Shown here: in pieces, positions 62,787-64,000 of the stretch
Layout of the letters: the number at the start of each line of letters is the position of its first letter
Numbering within the stretch: the stretch's first letter is position 1
NCBI GenBank assembly: GCA_002394605.1
Contig: DGUI01000027.1
Coordinates: forward strand, 2,161 to 66,160
Reading direction: 5' to 3'
Source: Mageeibacillus sp. UBA4314
Lineage (GTDB): Bacteria > Bacillota > Clostridia > Saccharofermentanales > Saccharofermentanaceae
Length of the DNA stretch: 64,000 bases
The notes under the pieces: generated by a model
Told to the model about the DNA's origin: nothing
What the model saw: only the letters and a program-made list of their open reading frames with translations
Databases searched by the model: none
Made by a program: the position numbers and the translations under genes

Positions 62787-63584
62787 TTGGGAACAGCGAT
62801 AAGATCGGCGAAAAAGTCTTTATCAAGATTTGCCTCAAACAGATTTCTGTTTGAGGAACTGGTGAAGCGCGATTTCGAGCATAAGTACAAGCGGACAGTG
62901 CTTGGAATGGCATGGAGTGTATTGTCTCCTCTTCTCACTCTCCTGGTAATGAGACTTGTTTTCACAGGTTTTTTTGGCAGGACCACACCGCATTACACGA
63001 TCTATCTCTTTGCCGGAACTATTGTGCTGGCGTACTTCAAGGAAGCAACAAATAACGGTATGACCTCAATGATCAGCAATGCTTCTGTTATCAATAAGAT
63101 AAATGTGCCCAAGTATCTGTTCCTGTTCTCGCGGAATGTGTCGTCGCTTGTTAATTTCGGGCTGACGCTGATAGTCTTTTTTATCTTCTGTATTGCCGAC
63201 GGGATTACGTTCCGTGTGAGTTTTTTGCTCCTGGTATTTCCTGTTCTGTGCCTGGTCATAATGAATCTTGGTATCGGAATGATCTTATCGGCGCTATATG
63301 TTTTTTTCAGAGATATCAAATATCTGTATTCGGTATTTCTTACTCTGCTGACATATCTGTCTGCGATATTCTACACGGTAGATTCATTCGACATAAAGAT
63401 ACAGAGATTGTTTCTTTTAAACCCTGTATATGTGATCATAAAGTATATCAGGACCATCGTCATAGACGGCAGGATACCTTCTGTTGAATATCACTGCCTG
63501 TGTCTTATATACGCTGCTCTGTTTGCATTGATCGGAGCTTTCTTTTACAAGAAATATAACAGAAAATTTGTATACTACTTCTAA
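62787..63584 (+). CDS. wzm: Polysaccharide ABC exporter permease (Wzm/TagG/RgpC-like)
   Basis: ELVKRDF..KYKR.VLG..WS.L.PLL, KI.VPKY, RDI.YL, LNP.Y. Confidence 0.92.
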   Translation: MGTAIRSAKKSLSRFASNRFLFEELVKRDFEHKYKRTVLGMAWSVLSPLLTLLVMRLVFTGFFGRTTPHYTIYLFAGTIVLAYFKEATNNGMTSMISNASVINKINVPKYLFLFSRNVSSLVNFGLTLIVFFIFCIADGITFRVSFLLLVFPVLCLVIMNLGIGMILSALYVFFRDIKYLYSVFLTLLTYLSAIFYTVDSFDIKIQRLFLLNPVYVIIKYIRTIVIDGRIPSVEYHCLCLIYAALFALIGAFFYKKYNRKFVYYF

Positions 63585-63592
63585 GGTGAAAT

Positions 63593-64000
63593 ATGGGGAA
63601 AGTGATCGAGTGTAAAGACGTCAGCATCAGATATATAACGGGTGATCTTAAGGCCATCGGTCTTAAGGAATTCGTTATGCGCAAGATCACAGGCAAATAC
63701 CATGTAACGGAATTTTGGGCGGATAAGCATGTGGACTTTGTTCTGAACAGTGGCGACATGCTGGGTATAATCGGTACAAATGGTGCAGGGAAAAGTACAC
63801 TCCTTAAGGCTATATCAGGAATAATGGATCCCAAAGAAGGGTCTATTAAGGTTAATGGTAATATTGCGGCTTTGCTCGAACTAGCCAGCGGATTTGACGG
63901 TGATATGACAGTCAGGGAGAATGCCTATCTTAGGGGAGCAATGCTCGGATATACCCGTGCATTTATGGATGAAATGTATGATGAGATCATCGCTTTCGCG
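63593..64000 (+). CDS. wzt: Polysaccharide ABC exporter ATPase (Wzt/TagH/RgpD-like), truncated by the window end
   Basis: MGKVIECKDVS..., FWA...V.F....GD.LGIIG.NGAGKSTLLK, LLEL.SGFD..MT.RENAYL.G. Confidence 0.92.
   Translation, partial: MGKVIECKDVSIRYITGDLKAIGLKEFVMRKITGKYHVTEFWADKHVDFVLNSGDMLGIIGTNGAGKSTLLKAISGIMDPKEGSIKVNGNIAALLELASGFDGDMTVRENAYLRGAMLGYTRAFMDEMYDEIIAFA

Noticed and set aside
795-63834. The many alternative-frame and antisense ORFs in the track (e.g. 1788-2339, 14308-14832, 37180-37701, 51998-52954)
   Set aside because: They overlap well-supported genes, lack RBS and family motifs, and are expected shadows of biased codon usage

Overview
64 kb of chromosome from an anaerobic Firmicute (Clostridia). 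The gene set pta-ackA, thrC, metY, pcrA, rpsT, YfhO GT-Cs and a sortase substrate suggests a rumen or gut Saccharofermentans-like lineage; that assignment is inference. No integrase, transposase, prophage or CRISPR array is visible. The main feature is a complete Gram-positive type IVa pilus locus: divergent pilD, then pilB-pilT-pilC-pilM-pilN-pilO, then four pilins, plus a detached 651-aa K/X-type tip pilin. The two likely major pilins are only 56 and 61 aa when mature, essentially headless helices lacking G14/P22. The locus is bracketed by three YfhO-family GT-C glycosyltransferases and a GT2, suggesting a minimal, possibly glycosylated pilus. Other points of interest: a CymR-like operator plus an 18-aa leader peptide ending in Cys-Gly-Arg-Met upstream of metY; an in-frame TAG replacing a conserved Trp in a cell-wall-binding hydrolase; and two unexplained palindromic intergenic elements (39226-39328 and 61785-61910), the second directly ahead of a leaderless polysaccharide-export locus. 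All calls come from motif recognition by eye; no database searches were run.
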